55,570 nt of DNA, from positions 1 to 55,570 of the IMG/VR virus record IMGVR_UViG_3300024257_000013, one strand, 5' to 3'. Below the pieces are notes generated by a model, which was not told where the DNA came from, searched no databases, and saw nothing but the letters and a program-made list of their open reading frames with translations. Position numbers and translations under genes: made by a program. Source of the DNA: a virus. Taxonomy: Duplodnaviria; Caudoviricetes. Each line of letters begins with the position of its first letter. Position 1 is the first letter of the stretch. Below are positions 39,187 through 48,019 of this stretch, piece by piece.

Positions 39187-41610
39187 TTACTTCCTCGTAA
39201 GTACAGGCAACATATTTGCATTGTTTAAGTTAACACCACATCTAGAACATGCTACATAATAACAACGCATTGCCACCAGGTCTTCGTGTGTTTCTACACC
39301 ACCTTTATCGATGATATCTCCTACCCGAGCATTGAGATCGTCTGCAATATAAACTGTTTCATATTCCAAACCTTTGGAGGTAAATACTGTAGCAATCACG
39401 TAACTAAGATCGACTTTTGATTCTTTTGCCATTTTGTATAAATTAAATATATTTACACCCTTACGGTTCAGTGTAAGAAGTAAATTTACAGCACTCTTTG
39501 TTTCCTGATCATCGATACATGCCAACAAATGGCTCAGGTAAGTATCCCCAGGTTTGCGGTTCTTTGTGTAATTTTCGTACTCTTCTTCAAGGTACTTATA
39601 CTTTTTTTGGTACACCTTTTTACCCTGGCCAGTTGATACTATAGCTAGTGGGTATGAGAATATTTCAGAGATGTTTCTAAGAAGGTGAAAACCTTTGTTT
39701 TGAGCTAATCTATGACTAATCTTTGAGATAATAGCAGCATTTGTTAAAGTACAATATAAAACTTTATCATTTTTGACAGGTTCATCTGTACCTACAAATT
39801 TAAACTCTTTGTCAGTATACTTTTGCATAAAAGATTGAATACGTTCAGCAATATCTATACTGCAACGAAAAGATTGAGTTAGGTTGAGTACTGGAGCATC
39901 TTCTAGTTCTTCGAAGCCGTCTACCAGATTTAAGAAATCGTAAATAGCCTGACTAGGTTCACCTAATCCAAGTTTTTTTGGTGCCTCAATAAGTTTGAAG
40001 ATTTCTAAAGCTACTGCAGTTGTATCATTTATTTCATCCAGGATAACCAGGTCATACTTACATTTGACAGTACCTTCAACCAATAAGAGGTGAAAGTACT
40101 TCAACATGAAATTGAAGGTAGGTGCCAACGTTCCTTCGAGCATCATTTCAATGTACTTAATAGCCAGTTCCTGTAGCTTTACTTCATCCAGGGCACTCTC
40201 CATAAATTCAAACATATCTACTGAAGCAGAAACGTAGAACAAATTGATAGCCTGTATGACTTTGTATTTTGCACTGTAAGAGATTTTCTCTTTAATACAG
40301 GTGTAGGAAATGTCACTAATATCCTGTTTAGGTTTTGCGTACCGGTAAGCTAATGCATGCAGTGTTTTACACTCAACATTAGTATTTCTGAATCGATACT
40401 TTCCCTCTTGCACAATGGCTTTGTTAAAGGCTGTATACAGTCCTCTAGATGGATTAATCTCATCAGCGATACGTTCACTCATAAAACTATTATGAGTAGT
40501 TACATAATCATCCGTAATATATAAATTATCTCCAGATACCGTAATGCATTGCTGTTCTTCTTGATAACAAAGTTTTTCAATACTGACTATCGCTTTTCTT
40601 ACTGTATTTTGTTTTCTAGGTGTTACTTTTATAGCCTTACGCTTTAGGCTGAAGGGATTAAAATCATTAAATCGTATTATGATAGTAAAACAGCTTCTGT
40701 TGTCTTTTTTATCATACAAATGTCTAGTTGCTGTACCGCCTAATGACTGAACTAATTCTGTAATATCTTTTGCTAGTTTTTCTGACGTAGTAGAATAAGT
40801 TACACGATTTCTTGTTCTTACATTTCCATCTGAGTCCATTAATCCATGCAGTAAATCTATTCTTTGAAGTTTACTTGAAAATTTATAGGTATCTGGAATA
40901 AACCTTTCATGAGAATATGTACCATGAAGGTTTAACTCTTTAAGTATCCTTTTTAAGCTGTGATCTCCGTGTTTTTGTACAGAATGGTTAAATACCTGTT
41001 GTAATCCTTTTTCTGAGGTATACCTAATCTTAGCCGGTTTTGTACCTTCAGGTAAAAGTGTTATACATTTATCTATGATACTTTTATCTTCTGAATAGCT
41101 ACTTAAACACACCTGAGTCTGAAAACTCCCATCAGCTATAAGTGCTCCCAGTAGATACGGATCTAAGGGTAATTCTACATAATTTGTAGCAATATTTGTA
41201 AGGGGTACTTTAAACTTATAGCTTTTAGTATTTTTCAAATTTTCTTTCAGTAACTGTTTTAAAGAAACAGCCCTATATTCTTTATTACGCCAATTTTGGC
41301 TATTTACATACCATAAATGATTAAGTCCACATCTAGCTTTACTTCCATCACTAAAATTTATTTCATACACATCTTTTATACCCTGTGGGTGAATTGCTAA
41401 TACTGTGTTTATAGTATTGTAAGGACTACATACTTTATCACCTACTTTAATTTTTCCAATGGTAGTCCAACCAGTAGGTGTAATAATTTTACTGCTTAAA
41501 GGTTGTTCTTTACCAGTACCGGCACCGGCTGATACGAGCAGTATTCCATCGGTGCTAACCACATGATCTTTTACGTCATGTTGTTCTGGAGTGTATTTTG
41601 TATAGCTCAT
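39187..41610 (-). CDS. SF1 (UvrD-like) DNA helicase interrupted by an intein
   Basis: AGAGTGK|S Walker A, AFNKAI, ILDE, LTQSFRC, SKGLEY, YVACSR. Confidence 0.88.
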   Translation of the reverse strand: MSYTKYTPEQHDVKDHVVSTDGILLVSAGAGTGKEQPLSSKIITPTGWTTIGKIKVGDKVCSPYNTINTVLAIHPQGIKDVYEINFSDGSKARCGLNHLWYVNSQNWRNKEYRAVSLKQLLKENLKNTKSYKFKVPLTNIATNYVELPLDPYLLGALIADGSFQTQVCLSSYSEDKSIIDKCITLLPEGTKPAKIRYTSEKGLQQVFNHSVQKHGDHSLKRILKELNLHGTYSHERFIPDTYKFSSKLQRIDLLHGLMDSDGNVRTRNRVTYSTTSEKLAKDITELVQSLGGTATRHLYDKKDNRSCFTIIIRFNDFNPFSLKRKAIKVTPRKQNTVRKAIVSIEKLCYQEEQQCITVSGDNLYITDDYVTTHNSFMSERIADEINPSRGLYTAFNKAIVQEGKYRFRNTNVECKTLHALAYRYAKPKQDISDISYTCIKEKISYSAKYKVIQAINLFYVSASVDMFEFMESALDEVKLQELAIKYIEMMLEGTLAPTFNFMLKYFHLLLVEGTVKCKYDLVILDEINDTTAVALEIFKLIEAPKKLGLGEPSQAIYDFLNLVDGFEELEDAPVLNLTQSFRCSIDIAERIQSFMQKYTDKEFKFVGTDEPVKNDKVLYCTLTNAAIISKISHRLAQNKGFHLLRNISEIFSYPLAIVSTGQGKKVYQKKYKYLEEEYENYTKNRKPGDTYLSHLLACIDDQETKSAVNLLLTLNRKGVNIFNLYKMAKESKVDLSYVIATVFTSKGLEYETVYIADDLNARVGDIIDKGGVETHEDLVAMRCYYVACSRCGVNLNNANMLPVLTRK
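40489..41508 (-). mobile_element. Class 3-type intein with LAGLIDADG homing endonuclease (340 aa)
   Basis: Starts EQPLSSKIITPTGW and ends YVTTHN before Ser. LLGALIADG and LHGLMDSDG motifs. W (NHLW), C (QQCITV), T (THN) triad. Confidence 0.88.
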
Positions 41611-41621
41611 TAATTTTCCTC

Positions 41622-41650
41622 AAAATAAAAAGCCCCTTCCGAAGAAGGGG
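41622..41650 (-). terminator. Rho-independent terminator with UUCG loop
   Basis: Minus strand CCCCTTC-TTCG-GAAGGGG-CTTTTTATTTT. Confidence 0.8.
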
Positions 41651-41710
41651 ATAAAACACGGAAACCAAAGGAGGGATGGGTTCCGCATAACCAGTACAAG
41701 GAGTAGTCAC

Positions 41711-41947
41711 TCAAGTACCGAATGTTCGCTCCCGGATTTCCTCATAGAATCCTTCTTCAAAAATTTCTTGTTTGTCTAAGTCCAATGGATCAAATTTCAT
41801 TGTGTACTCTTTCCCAAATTCCCGTACATCACAGTTTCTGCTTGATGTGTAATCTAGGAAAGTTTGAATAGCCTGTTCAGCAGCTTCTTGTTTAGAATCT
41901 GCTTCAACATGAAATTGTGGAAGACTGACTACGTAGTTTTTACTCAT
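41711..41947 (-). CDS. Hypothetical protein
   Basis: 78 aa, overlapping the upstream stop. Confidence 0.55.
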   Translation of the reverse strand: MSKNYVVSLPQFHVEADSKQEAAEQAIQTFLDYTSSRNCDVREFGKEYTMKFDPLDLDKQEIFEEGFYEEIRERTFGT

Positions 41948-42441
41948 CGCTTATCTCCAAATTTTTTATTCATAATGTCATGATAAAATTTATACTGCTT
42001 AACGCCTTGTAATGTCACACTTCCAAATGGATTTTCCCTGGAAACTGGAGCACTTCTTTCGGTGGCACCACGAGTTAATTGTCTCAAATTATGCATTCCA
42101 CGATCATATTCCTCTCGAACACCACAAAGACGAAACGCTTCACAAATTCTTTTTTCCATTTCAGCTTCAATGTTTAAGCTACGTACTTTTCTTTCATCTG
42201 TTTCTCTGTCACCTGTCTGGTGATACTTTCTGGTAATTTTGTCTTCTAATGCGCCAAAGTCCCAAGCTTCTGATGCGTCACTACCAGGCTTAGCCGGGTC
42301 CCAAGTAGCGACAGGGATAACCTTTTCTAATTCAGCAGCAGGTTTTTTGAAGAAACTTAAAAAATGCTTATTACACAGAGAGTGTTCATGGCATTCTGCG
42401 AATGGGCTATTAGTACAACCACCTACTTCACATACATACAT
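41944..42441 (-). CDS. Hypothetical protein with N-terminal Cys/His Zn-finger-like motif
   Basis: CEVGGC...C..H..C..H. Confidence 0.55.
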   Translation of the reverse strand: MYVCEVGGCTNSPFAECHEHSLCNKHFLSFFKKPAAELEKVIPVATWDPAKPGSDASEAWDFGALEDKITRKYHQTGDRETDERKVRSLNIEAEMEKRICEAFRLCGVREEYDRGMHNLRQLTRGATERSAPVSRENPFGSVTLQGVKQYKFYHDIMNKKFGDKR

Positions 42442-42543
42442 GCTAAATTGCTCCTATTAAGTAAAGATATCCATATACAGGTAAACCATTAAGTATATAG
42501 TAAAAATTACCACTACAAGTTGTTTACGCTCACTCATTATTTT

Positions 42544-42879
42544 CTACTCTGCAGCTCTTATTTGTAAATCTAATCTTGCTAAAGCATTCCATGCAGCATG
42601 TGCTGAATGCAGCAGTTTAGTCTCTTCATCAGAAAGCTCTCCAGCAGCTTCTTTCATGAGATGTCTATACATAGCATCCGTGTACCGTTTCTCGCCGTCT
42701 GGTATTTTCATCCAGCCATTTTCAGTATACTTAATTGCTCCGTATGTACCTACTTCGCTAACAGCTTGCAATGCCCTGGAAAAACCGTTTAGGACTAAAC
42801 CAATTTTGTTTTTTCCTTCATCGAGTTTGGCACCTGGCCCATCTGCTGGTTTGCCATTAGGGTCTGTTTCTTTAATCAC
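42544..42879 (-). CDS. dATP/dGTP diphosphohydrolase-like (DUF5664) protein
   Basis: GAKLDEGK...V.TYGAIKY...W...Y.DA.YRHL...HSAHAAWNAL. Confidence 0.8.
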   Translation of the reverse strand: MIKETDPNGKPADGPGAKLDEGKNKIGLVLNGFSRALQAVSEVGTYGAIKYTENGWMKIPDGEKRYTDAMYRHLMKEAAGELSDEETKLLHSAHAAWNALARLDLQIRAAE

Positions 42880-43147
42880 GATTATTCACCTTGTCCAAAT
42901 GTTCAGCCAAAAGAAAATTACAAAAAGTCCAAGCATGGTGTTTACTAACCGCATCTAAGACAATATCTACAGCTTCTCGTGAAATGCGACAGCTGACACT
43001 GCCAGTTTTTCCGATAGTGTATTTTTTAAGCAGATATCGTTTTCTGGTACGAGAAGGAGTGTGACAAGTTTCTTGATAAACTACGAAAGTACCGTTTTGG
43101 TTAGAGTAACCACCCAAGTAAAAATTTTTATCGTTATTTCTAGACAT
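42872..43147 (-). CDS. Hypothetical protein
   Basis: 91-aa ORF between thyA and the DUF5664 gene. Confidence 0.5.
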   Translation of the reverse strand: MSRNNDKNFYLGGYSNQNGTFVVYQETCHTPSRTRKRYLLKKYTIGKTGSVSCRISREAVDIVLDAVSKHHAWTFCNFLLAEHLDKVNNRD

Positions 43148-43150
43148 AAC

Positions 43151-44008
43151 TTATACCGAAAAAGGAAAATGTATACCAGGATGATGCTCATAACCTCGAA
43201 TAGCATAGTCTTTAATAGTAGAATTCTCTAAGTCTTCAAGAGTTTTGATACGAGGATTGATTATTAACGTAGGTAGCGGAAAAGGACTACGTTCGAGCTG
43301 GTATTGTAAATACTTAATCTGATCTTCATAGATATGAGCATTTACAATTTTATGGTAAGCGATACCAGGCTTAAGCCCAGTAATTTGAGCCATTACCAAT
43401 AAGAACCAGGAAACCTGGATTTGGTTAAATCCGTGTCCAAGAGGTATATCGTCACTTCGCTGATACGAAGTAAGATATAAGACCCCATCCAAAATACTAA
43501 AAGTATGTGAGTACATGCAAGGACGTAAACAACCAGACTCAAGGTCACCAACATTCCAGTAAGTAATAATTTCACCACGATCATCTATACCTTTCTTTAA
43601 ATTTTCATAAACTTTACGAAGTTGATCACATTCCGTTCGTTCACCGTTTATATCTCTATGAAGCCAACTACGCCCTTGAACACCATACACCTTACCCATA
43701 TCGTCTTTACCAAGACAATAAGGACTTTTTTGCCATACTTCAGCATTAGCGTTTGCATCCCAGGTATCTGTACCTAAAGCACGGAAGTCAGCAGCATTAC
43801 TGAGACCTTTAATATAGCCAAGCATTTCAGCAACAGCTTTCTTCCAGTATGCCTGTTTAGTAGTTAGCAAATGAAGTTGGTGATCTCTACAATCATAAAC
43901 AAAATCAGCATTAATGACAGTTTTGCACCTTTTACCGGTGCGTTTGTTATCTACCCAGACACCTTTGCTTAATATTCTTTTGCAAAGATCCAGGTACTGC
44001 TTGCTCAT
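43151..44008 (-). CDS. thyA: Thymidylate synthase
   Basis: [11 protein letters not shown] (catalytic Cys), [14 protein letters not shown]; resembles the Vibrio/Pasteurella-type ThyA. Confidence 0.95.
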   Translation of the reverse strand: MSKQYLDLCKRILSKGVWVDNKRTGKRCKTVINADFVYDCRDHQLHLLTTKQAYWKKAVAEMLGYIKGLSNAADFRALGTDTWDANANAEVWQKSPYCLGKDDMGKVYGVQGRSWLHRDINGERTECDQLRKVYENLKKGIDDRGEIITYWNVGDLESGCLRPCMYSHTFSILDGVLYLTSYQRSDDIPLGHGFNQIQVSWFLLVMAQITGLKPGIAYHKIVNAHIYEDQIKYLQYQLERSPFPLPTLIINPRIKTLEDLENSTIKDYAIRGYEHHPGIHFPFSV

Positions 44009-44511
44009 TTATACTCTCTAAATGCATCCAGCTCTAGAAAATTGATAGTTTCTTCTTTACGAGAACTAAAAATTGCGTCAATATTTTCTTGTAAATTTTT
44101 AAGAAAATAGTAATCTTCTGGCAATTCATCAATAATTTCATGAGATGCTGCACCATCAGGGTGATACTTCGTTAATATAGTACGTTTATTTTCACCTTTA
44201 AGATACACAGTAGCTAAACGACTTGTAACTATACCCTGTAAAGTGCGGATATCAGACAATAGTATGTCGTTATACGCCTGTAATTTGCCATTTTCATCAA
44301 GTAGTTTAGAAGAGACACCAGTCTCATGAATGAGTTTTTCTTCTAATTCTATACTAAAAGTAGTAGCCTTTTTACTAGCTGTATAAGACGCTTTCTCAGC
44401 CACTTTTTTTAATTCCAGCGAGCTTTCCAGTTGTTTTTGCAGATCAAATACAAGCTCTACCAATTGTGTAACAGGCATTTTAGCTAAAGTTCGTTTTGTT
44501 AAATTTTTCAT
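44005..44511 (-). CDS. Hypothetical coiled-coil protein
   Basis: 168-aa ORF in the operon. Confidence 0.55.
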   Translation of the reverse strand: MKNLTKRTLAKMPVTQLVELVFDLQKQLESSLELKKVAEKASYTASKKATTFSIELEEKLIHETGVSSKLLDENGKLQAYNDILLSDIRTLQGIVTSRLATVYLKGENKRTILTKYHPDGAASHEIIDELPEDYYFLKNLQENIDAIFSSRKEETINFLELDAFREYK

Positions 44512-44694
44512 TTATGGCGTGTCCCAGTAATCTTCAGTTAGTTTTGCATTTTCAAGTTCTTCAAACTTGTCTAATGCTTCTTTGTGTTTCATTGTTGTTA
44601 AATTTTTATAAGTAGCAGGAGTACCACTACCTTTTTTACTATCAGCAATAGTAAATTCTTGTTCACTAAATTCAGTCATATTGTTTTTCGTCAT
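44512..44694 (-). CDS. Hypothetical protein
   Basis: 60 aa; its start lies inside the duplicated 50-bp element. Confidence 0.5.
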   Translation of the reverse strand: MTKNNMTEFSEQEFTIADSKKGSGTPATYKNLTTMKHKEALDKFEELENAKLTEDYWDTP

Positions 44695-44730
44695 TTTTAT
44701 TTTCTTTCATGTATAGGTACAATATCAATA
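44681..44730 (-). repeat. Direct repeat copy 1 (upstream region plus start codons)
   Basis: TTGTTTTTCGTCATTTTT...CTTTCATGTATAGGTACAATA.CAATA is also present at 45742-45792. Confidence 0.8.
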
Positions 44731-44770
44731 TGTGTTAAATGGTACATTTCAGCAGTTAACAGGGCTCGTT

Positions 44771-45076
44771 TCAATCATCGTAAACAATGATACTGTCTTC
44801 CACCCACGGAACCTCAGTGATTAAATATCCAAGTCTGTTGACTATGTGCATTCCATTACCGAGAATAAATATGCTGGCATCCTCTCCTGCGTCGTCTTCG
44901 TCGTCGCATTCAATCCATGTCCAGATGTGATTTATATTCGCGTTACGGACGAATACCAGCTCCTCACCGTATGTTTCAAACATGCACCCATCCAAGCTTG
45001 CATTGTCGTCGATGTGATTGGTGACAGGTCGATACTTCTCGATAAACTTATCCCAATGTAGAGTTACTTCACTCAT
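44771..45076 (-). CDS. Conserved hypothetical phage protein
   Basis: FETYGEE...IWTW...G.H.VNRLGYLITEVPW. Confidence 0.6.
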   Translation of the reverse strand: MSEVTLHWDKFIEKYRPVTNHIDDNASLDGCMFETYGEELVFVRNANINHIWTWIECDDEDDAGEDASIFILGNGMHIVNRLGYLITEVPWVEDSIIVYDD

Positions 45077-45142
45077 GACTCTTTTCTTTATAGGGTATTT
45101 CGTGTTGCAGGGTGAAGTTAACAGAGTATTCTTTTTTCATAA

Positions 45143-45451
45143 TTATTTACCTTCTACTTGCCATAAATAGGCATTGCATTTTGCATGTACAGCACCAATT
45201 GTTAATCCGGTATCGTGAGAATGATGCAGATGGATTGGGTGATCAAAAAATCCTTTAGGAAACAGTTTCTTAAAGATATGCTGTTTTTGTACTTTTTTGG
45301 AAGGATTAGCATATAAAGATTTATTACAGTACCAGCATGCATCTTTTTGAATTCGTCGGTACTCTTCACGTACTGCCCACTTCTCACTATGCTTCAGATT
45401 ATCGTAGTCAACAGGCAGGTTGAATTTTCGCTTATCTACTGTGGCAAACAT
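45143..45451 (-). CDS. Endonuclease VII-like His-Me finger protein
   Basis: CWYC...HLHHSHDTG...VHAKCN. Confidence 0.65.
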   Translation of the reverse strand: MFATVDKRKFNLPVDYDNLKHSEKWAVREEYRRIQKDACWYCNKSLYANPSKKVQKQHIFKKLFPKGFFDHPIHLHHSHDTGLTIGAVHAKCNAYLWQVEGK

Positions 45452-45453
45452 GA

Positions 45454-45684
45454 TTAGTTACTGTGGAAGGTGTTATCAGAGTCATACCGATAAACCTGTT
45501 CACAACTATTTTCCAAATAACAACTATCACAATTGTTAGCCAGGTAAAACGCTGAATCTTCCCGAGCATCGGTGCCGAAACACGGAAGCACTGGAGGTTC
45601 TTTAATATGAGCTTTTTTTACAGCAAATAGTGCAAAAGTTACTAGAACTGCTATAGAACCTATCCATAAAAATATTTCAAACAT
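45454..45684 (-). CDS. Small membrane-anchored protein
   Basis: N-terminal TM, C-terminal Cys cluster, AGGAG RBS. Confidence 0.55.
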   Translation of the reverse strand: MFEIFLWIGSIAVLVTFALFAVKKAHIKEPPVLPCFGTDAREDSAFYLANNCDSCYLENSCEQVYRYDSDNTFHSN

Positions 45685-45741
45685 ATGATATCTCCTAATT
45701 TTAAAATTATTGTACTCACCTATGAAACATATAGGAACATG

Positions 45742-45792
45742 TTGTTTTTCGTCATTTTTTCTTTCCTTTCATGTATAGGTACAATAGCAATA
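45742..45792 (-). repeat. Direct repeat copy 2
   Basis: Near-identical to 44681-44730; here it opens an 11-codon mini-ORF (MTKNNMFLYVS). Confidence 0.8.
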
Positions 45793-45819
45793 AAACGATA
45801 GCCATTTTTCTTTAACTCC

Positions 45820-46194
45820 TCAAATTGCTTTATGTCTGCCAACACCCAAAAATGCATCGATAGCAGCATCTTTAGGTTCTAATTTAATAAATAACGGTTT
45901 GGCTGTTCTGCTTGCAACAGAATTCCTGGGTTTGCTGCATTGGGCTATTTGAGTATGCTCAATTGAACAATACTTACGTCGAATATAGTTATTATTCGAC
46001 TCAGGTTCTTTACGATTTTTCTTTTTATTGAAAACAATTTTTACTTCCAAGTGTCTATCACACTCAGAAAGTTCACAAAATTGTGTTTCATAATGTCTTT
46101 TGTAATCGACATCATCTACAGTAGTAATTATGTCTTTATTAAAAACAATGCCATGAGCATATTCAATTGGTTCAAGTTTTTTCTTTTTAGTCAT
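45820..46194 (-). CDS. Hypothetical protein (Cys-containing)
   Basis: 124 aa; C....C and RKYCS motifs. Confidence 0.55.
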   Translation of the reverse strand: MTKKKKLEPIEYAHGIVFNKDIITTVDDVDYKRHYETQFCELSECDRHLEVKIVFNKKKNRKEPESNNNYIRRKYCSIEHTQIAQCSKPRNSVASRTAKPLFIKLEPKDAAIDAFLGVGRHKAI

Positions 46195-46208
46195 AATTTA
46201 TTCCAGAT

Positions 46209-46241
46209 AAAAAAATAGGCTCACAATCGGAGCCTATTTTT
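46209..46241. terminator. Bidirectional terminator
   Basis: AAAAATAGGCTC-acaatcg-GAGCCTATTTTT. Confidence 0.75.
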
Positions 46242-46652
46242 ACTTCAAAATGTTCAGTTATGTTTGTCAGTCAGGAGACCACAGCCTACCATGAATACCG
46301 GTAATACTGCTATTTTCAATTAGCTTCTGTATTTCTTTACCCTTAATAGGGCCATGAGCAGTAATGACCTTTAACACCTTTTCTGTTTTACTAATCATTA
46401 GATTTGTACCATGCCATAGGAAGTTTCCTATCGGAAACAGTTACTCTAGATTTCCACCACATAGGTACAAATATAGCTAACAGCAGTAGTGCATTACCTA
46501 GCTCTTTTAATATGTAATCATTCATTTTTGTTTACTCCTCTTATTTTTTCTATAAAATATATTTCATTGACTATTCTTTATTCTAACGCTTTTAAAGGTA
46601 TACCATGCATCCATTTATGTTCTACCCCCATCATTAAAAATTCATGTCCTTA

Positions 46653-46844
46653 TCAGTCTGCCCTCAATTTTTTAGGTGTACAGGTCTCAAGAATCGCACT
46701 ATGTCCGTGTTTCATTAACACCTTAGATTCAGGAACCACTTGCATATTTTTAGTTAAACAGTAATTCCTACGAGTTCTATTGGCCAAAGTATGAGTAAGA
46801 TTAAGTAAGCTCAATATTGTCTCATGTGACCATTTTTCACTCAT
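46653..46844 (-). CDS. Hypothetical protein
   Basis: 63-aa early-region ORF. Confidence 0.4.
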   Translation of the reverse strand: MSEKWSHETILSLLNLTHTLANRTRRNYCLTKNMQVVPESKVLMKHGHSAILETCTPKKLRAD

Positions 46845-47126
46845 ACGTCACCTACTCGGGCATACATACTATTTTCACTTCTAAGATCCCATGTAATTGC
46901 GTTATTAACTAATGCCTGAGCAACAATTAGCACATCTTGTTTATTAAACACACCACTACGCATAACTACTCTCCAGATAACCCTGTGTGGTCACAATTAC
47001 CACGATCATATTGTTGGTTATAATGAATATCACTTGCTTGAACAGCAGCAATAAGTTCCAGCACAGATAACATTAGTATTAAAACAGTCATACAAAGCAG
47101 TAATAGAAATTTACGATTTGACATAA

Positions 47127-47327
47127 TTAACGCTCTATCAATTTACAGTAACCTTTATTGTCACTGTATGTTTTAGTTAAACTAACATTATTAGGATTAG
47201 TACATTTTGGTTTCCAGGCCATACATTTATCAGCTTCACAAGTAGGAGGTGTTCTCTGTTTACTTATTTGACATTCAAATAGTGGTCTAAAAGGACATAT
47301 CAATTCTACTGCATTATTGATATTCAT
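47127..47327 (-). CDS. Small Cys-rich protein
   Basis: CP...C...CMAW...GYC; AAGGAG RBS. Confidence 0.6.
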   Translation of the reverse strand: MNINNAVELICPFRPLFECQISKQRTPPTCEADKCMAWKPKCTNPNNVSLTKTYSDNKGYCKLIER

Positions 47328-47362
47328 TATAATTCTCCTTAAGGATTATTATTAAATTGATT

Positions 47363-47910
47363 AGCAGCTTTGTTTGGGTGGTTCAGCTATTTTGCACCCT
47401 TGCCGAGTCTTCGGCCTCTTTTTAACCTGTAAACAACTCCAAAAATTTAAATCGTATTTCTCTGCGTCAGACGCACCTGCTGCACCATTGCATTTGCAGA
47501 CAGGAGGTACAAAATATATAGTTTGCAACGACAACCTATTCGAATTAAGTACAGCATTATGGCTTCCCAGGTGGCCTAAAGGATTCTCAATCTGGTTTTA
47601 ATGCTGTGTATTACAGAAGCTTGGCATAAGGGATCATCTGCATTGCCTTTTGGCTGAATCGACAGCTCTACGCTTTGAAGAACGTTCATACGCAGCGGTA
47701 CACGGTTGGTTACGGTACTTGGTACTATTAGTTCCAGCACTACTTTGTAATGCTTTTAATTGTGTTATGCCGGTTACCATTATCCGGCGTATTCGCTCAA
47801 GGTTCTGTAATACGGATCTGTTACCGGTTCTGTTTTTAAGTTGTGTATTACCTTAAATACCCGCAACTAACCCTCCTGGGTTTGAGCCAACATTGAGAAA
47901 TAGAGCTGCT
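47363..47910 (+). ncRNA. Candidate large structured ncRNA (~550 nt)
   Basis: 13-bp closing helix 47363-75/47898-910 and about ten nested helices, with G-U pairs consistently on the + strand. No credible ORF. Confidence 0.65.
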
Positions 47911-47945
47911 TGGTTCACTCTAGAACAAAATATTTTCATATTTCA

Positions 47946-47969
47946 TTCAAAAGAGTGTACGGAGTACAC
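47946..47969 (-). promoter_or_regulatory. Candidate N4-type vRNAP hairpin promoter (template on + strand)
   Basis: TTCAAAAGA-GTGTAC-GGA-GTACAC: C-GGA-G triloop hairpin similar to the N4 P2 template. Confidence 0.45.
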
Positions 47970-47976
47970 ATTTACA

Positions 47977-48016
47977 TAAAAAATAACCTAACAACTCATA
48001 AGAGTCATTAGGTTAA
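47977..48016 (-). terminator. Terminator after the RNAPII genes
   Basis: TAACCTAA...TTAGGTTA stem followed by a T run on the minus strand. Confidence 0.6.
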
Positions 48017-48019
48017 TAT

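Noticed and set aside
42544-42879. Z-base or other hypermodified-DNA pathway
   Set aside because: Only DUF5664 and MazG-like genes are present; no PurZ or other modification synthase is seen in the window.
47374-47856. + strand ORFs of 75 and 68 aa
   Set aside because: TTG starts, no RBS and atypical composition; the region is better explained by secondary structure.
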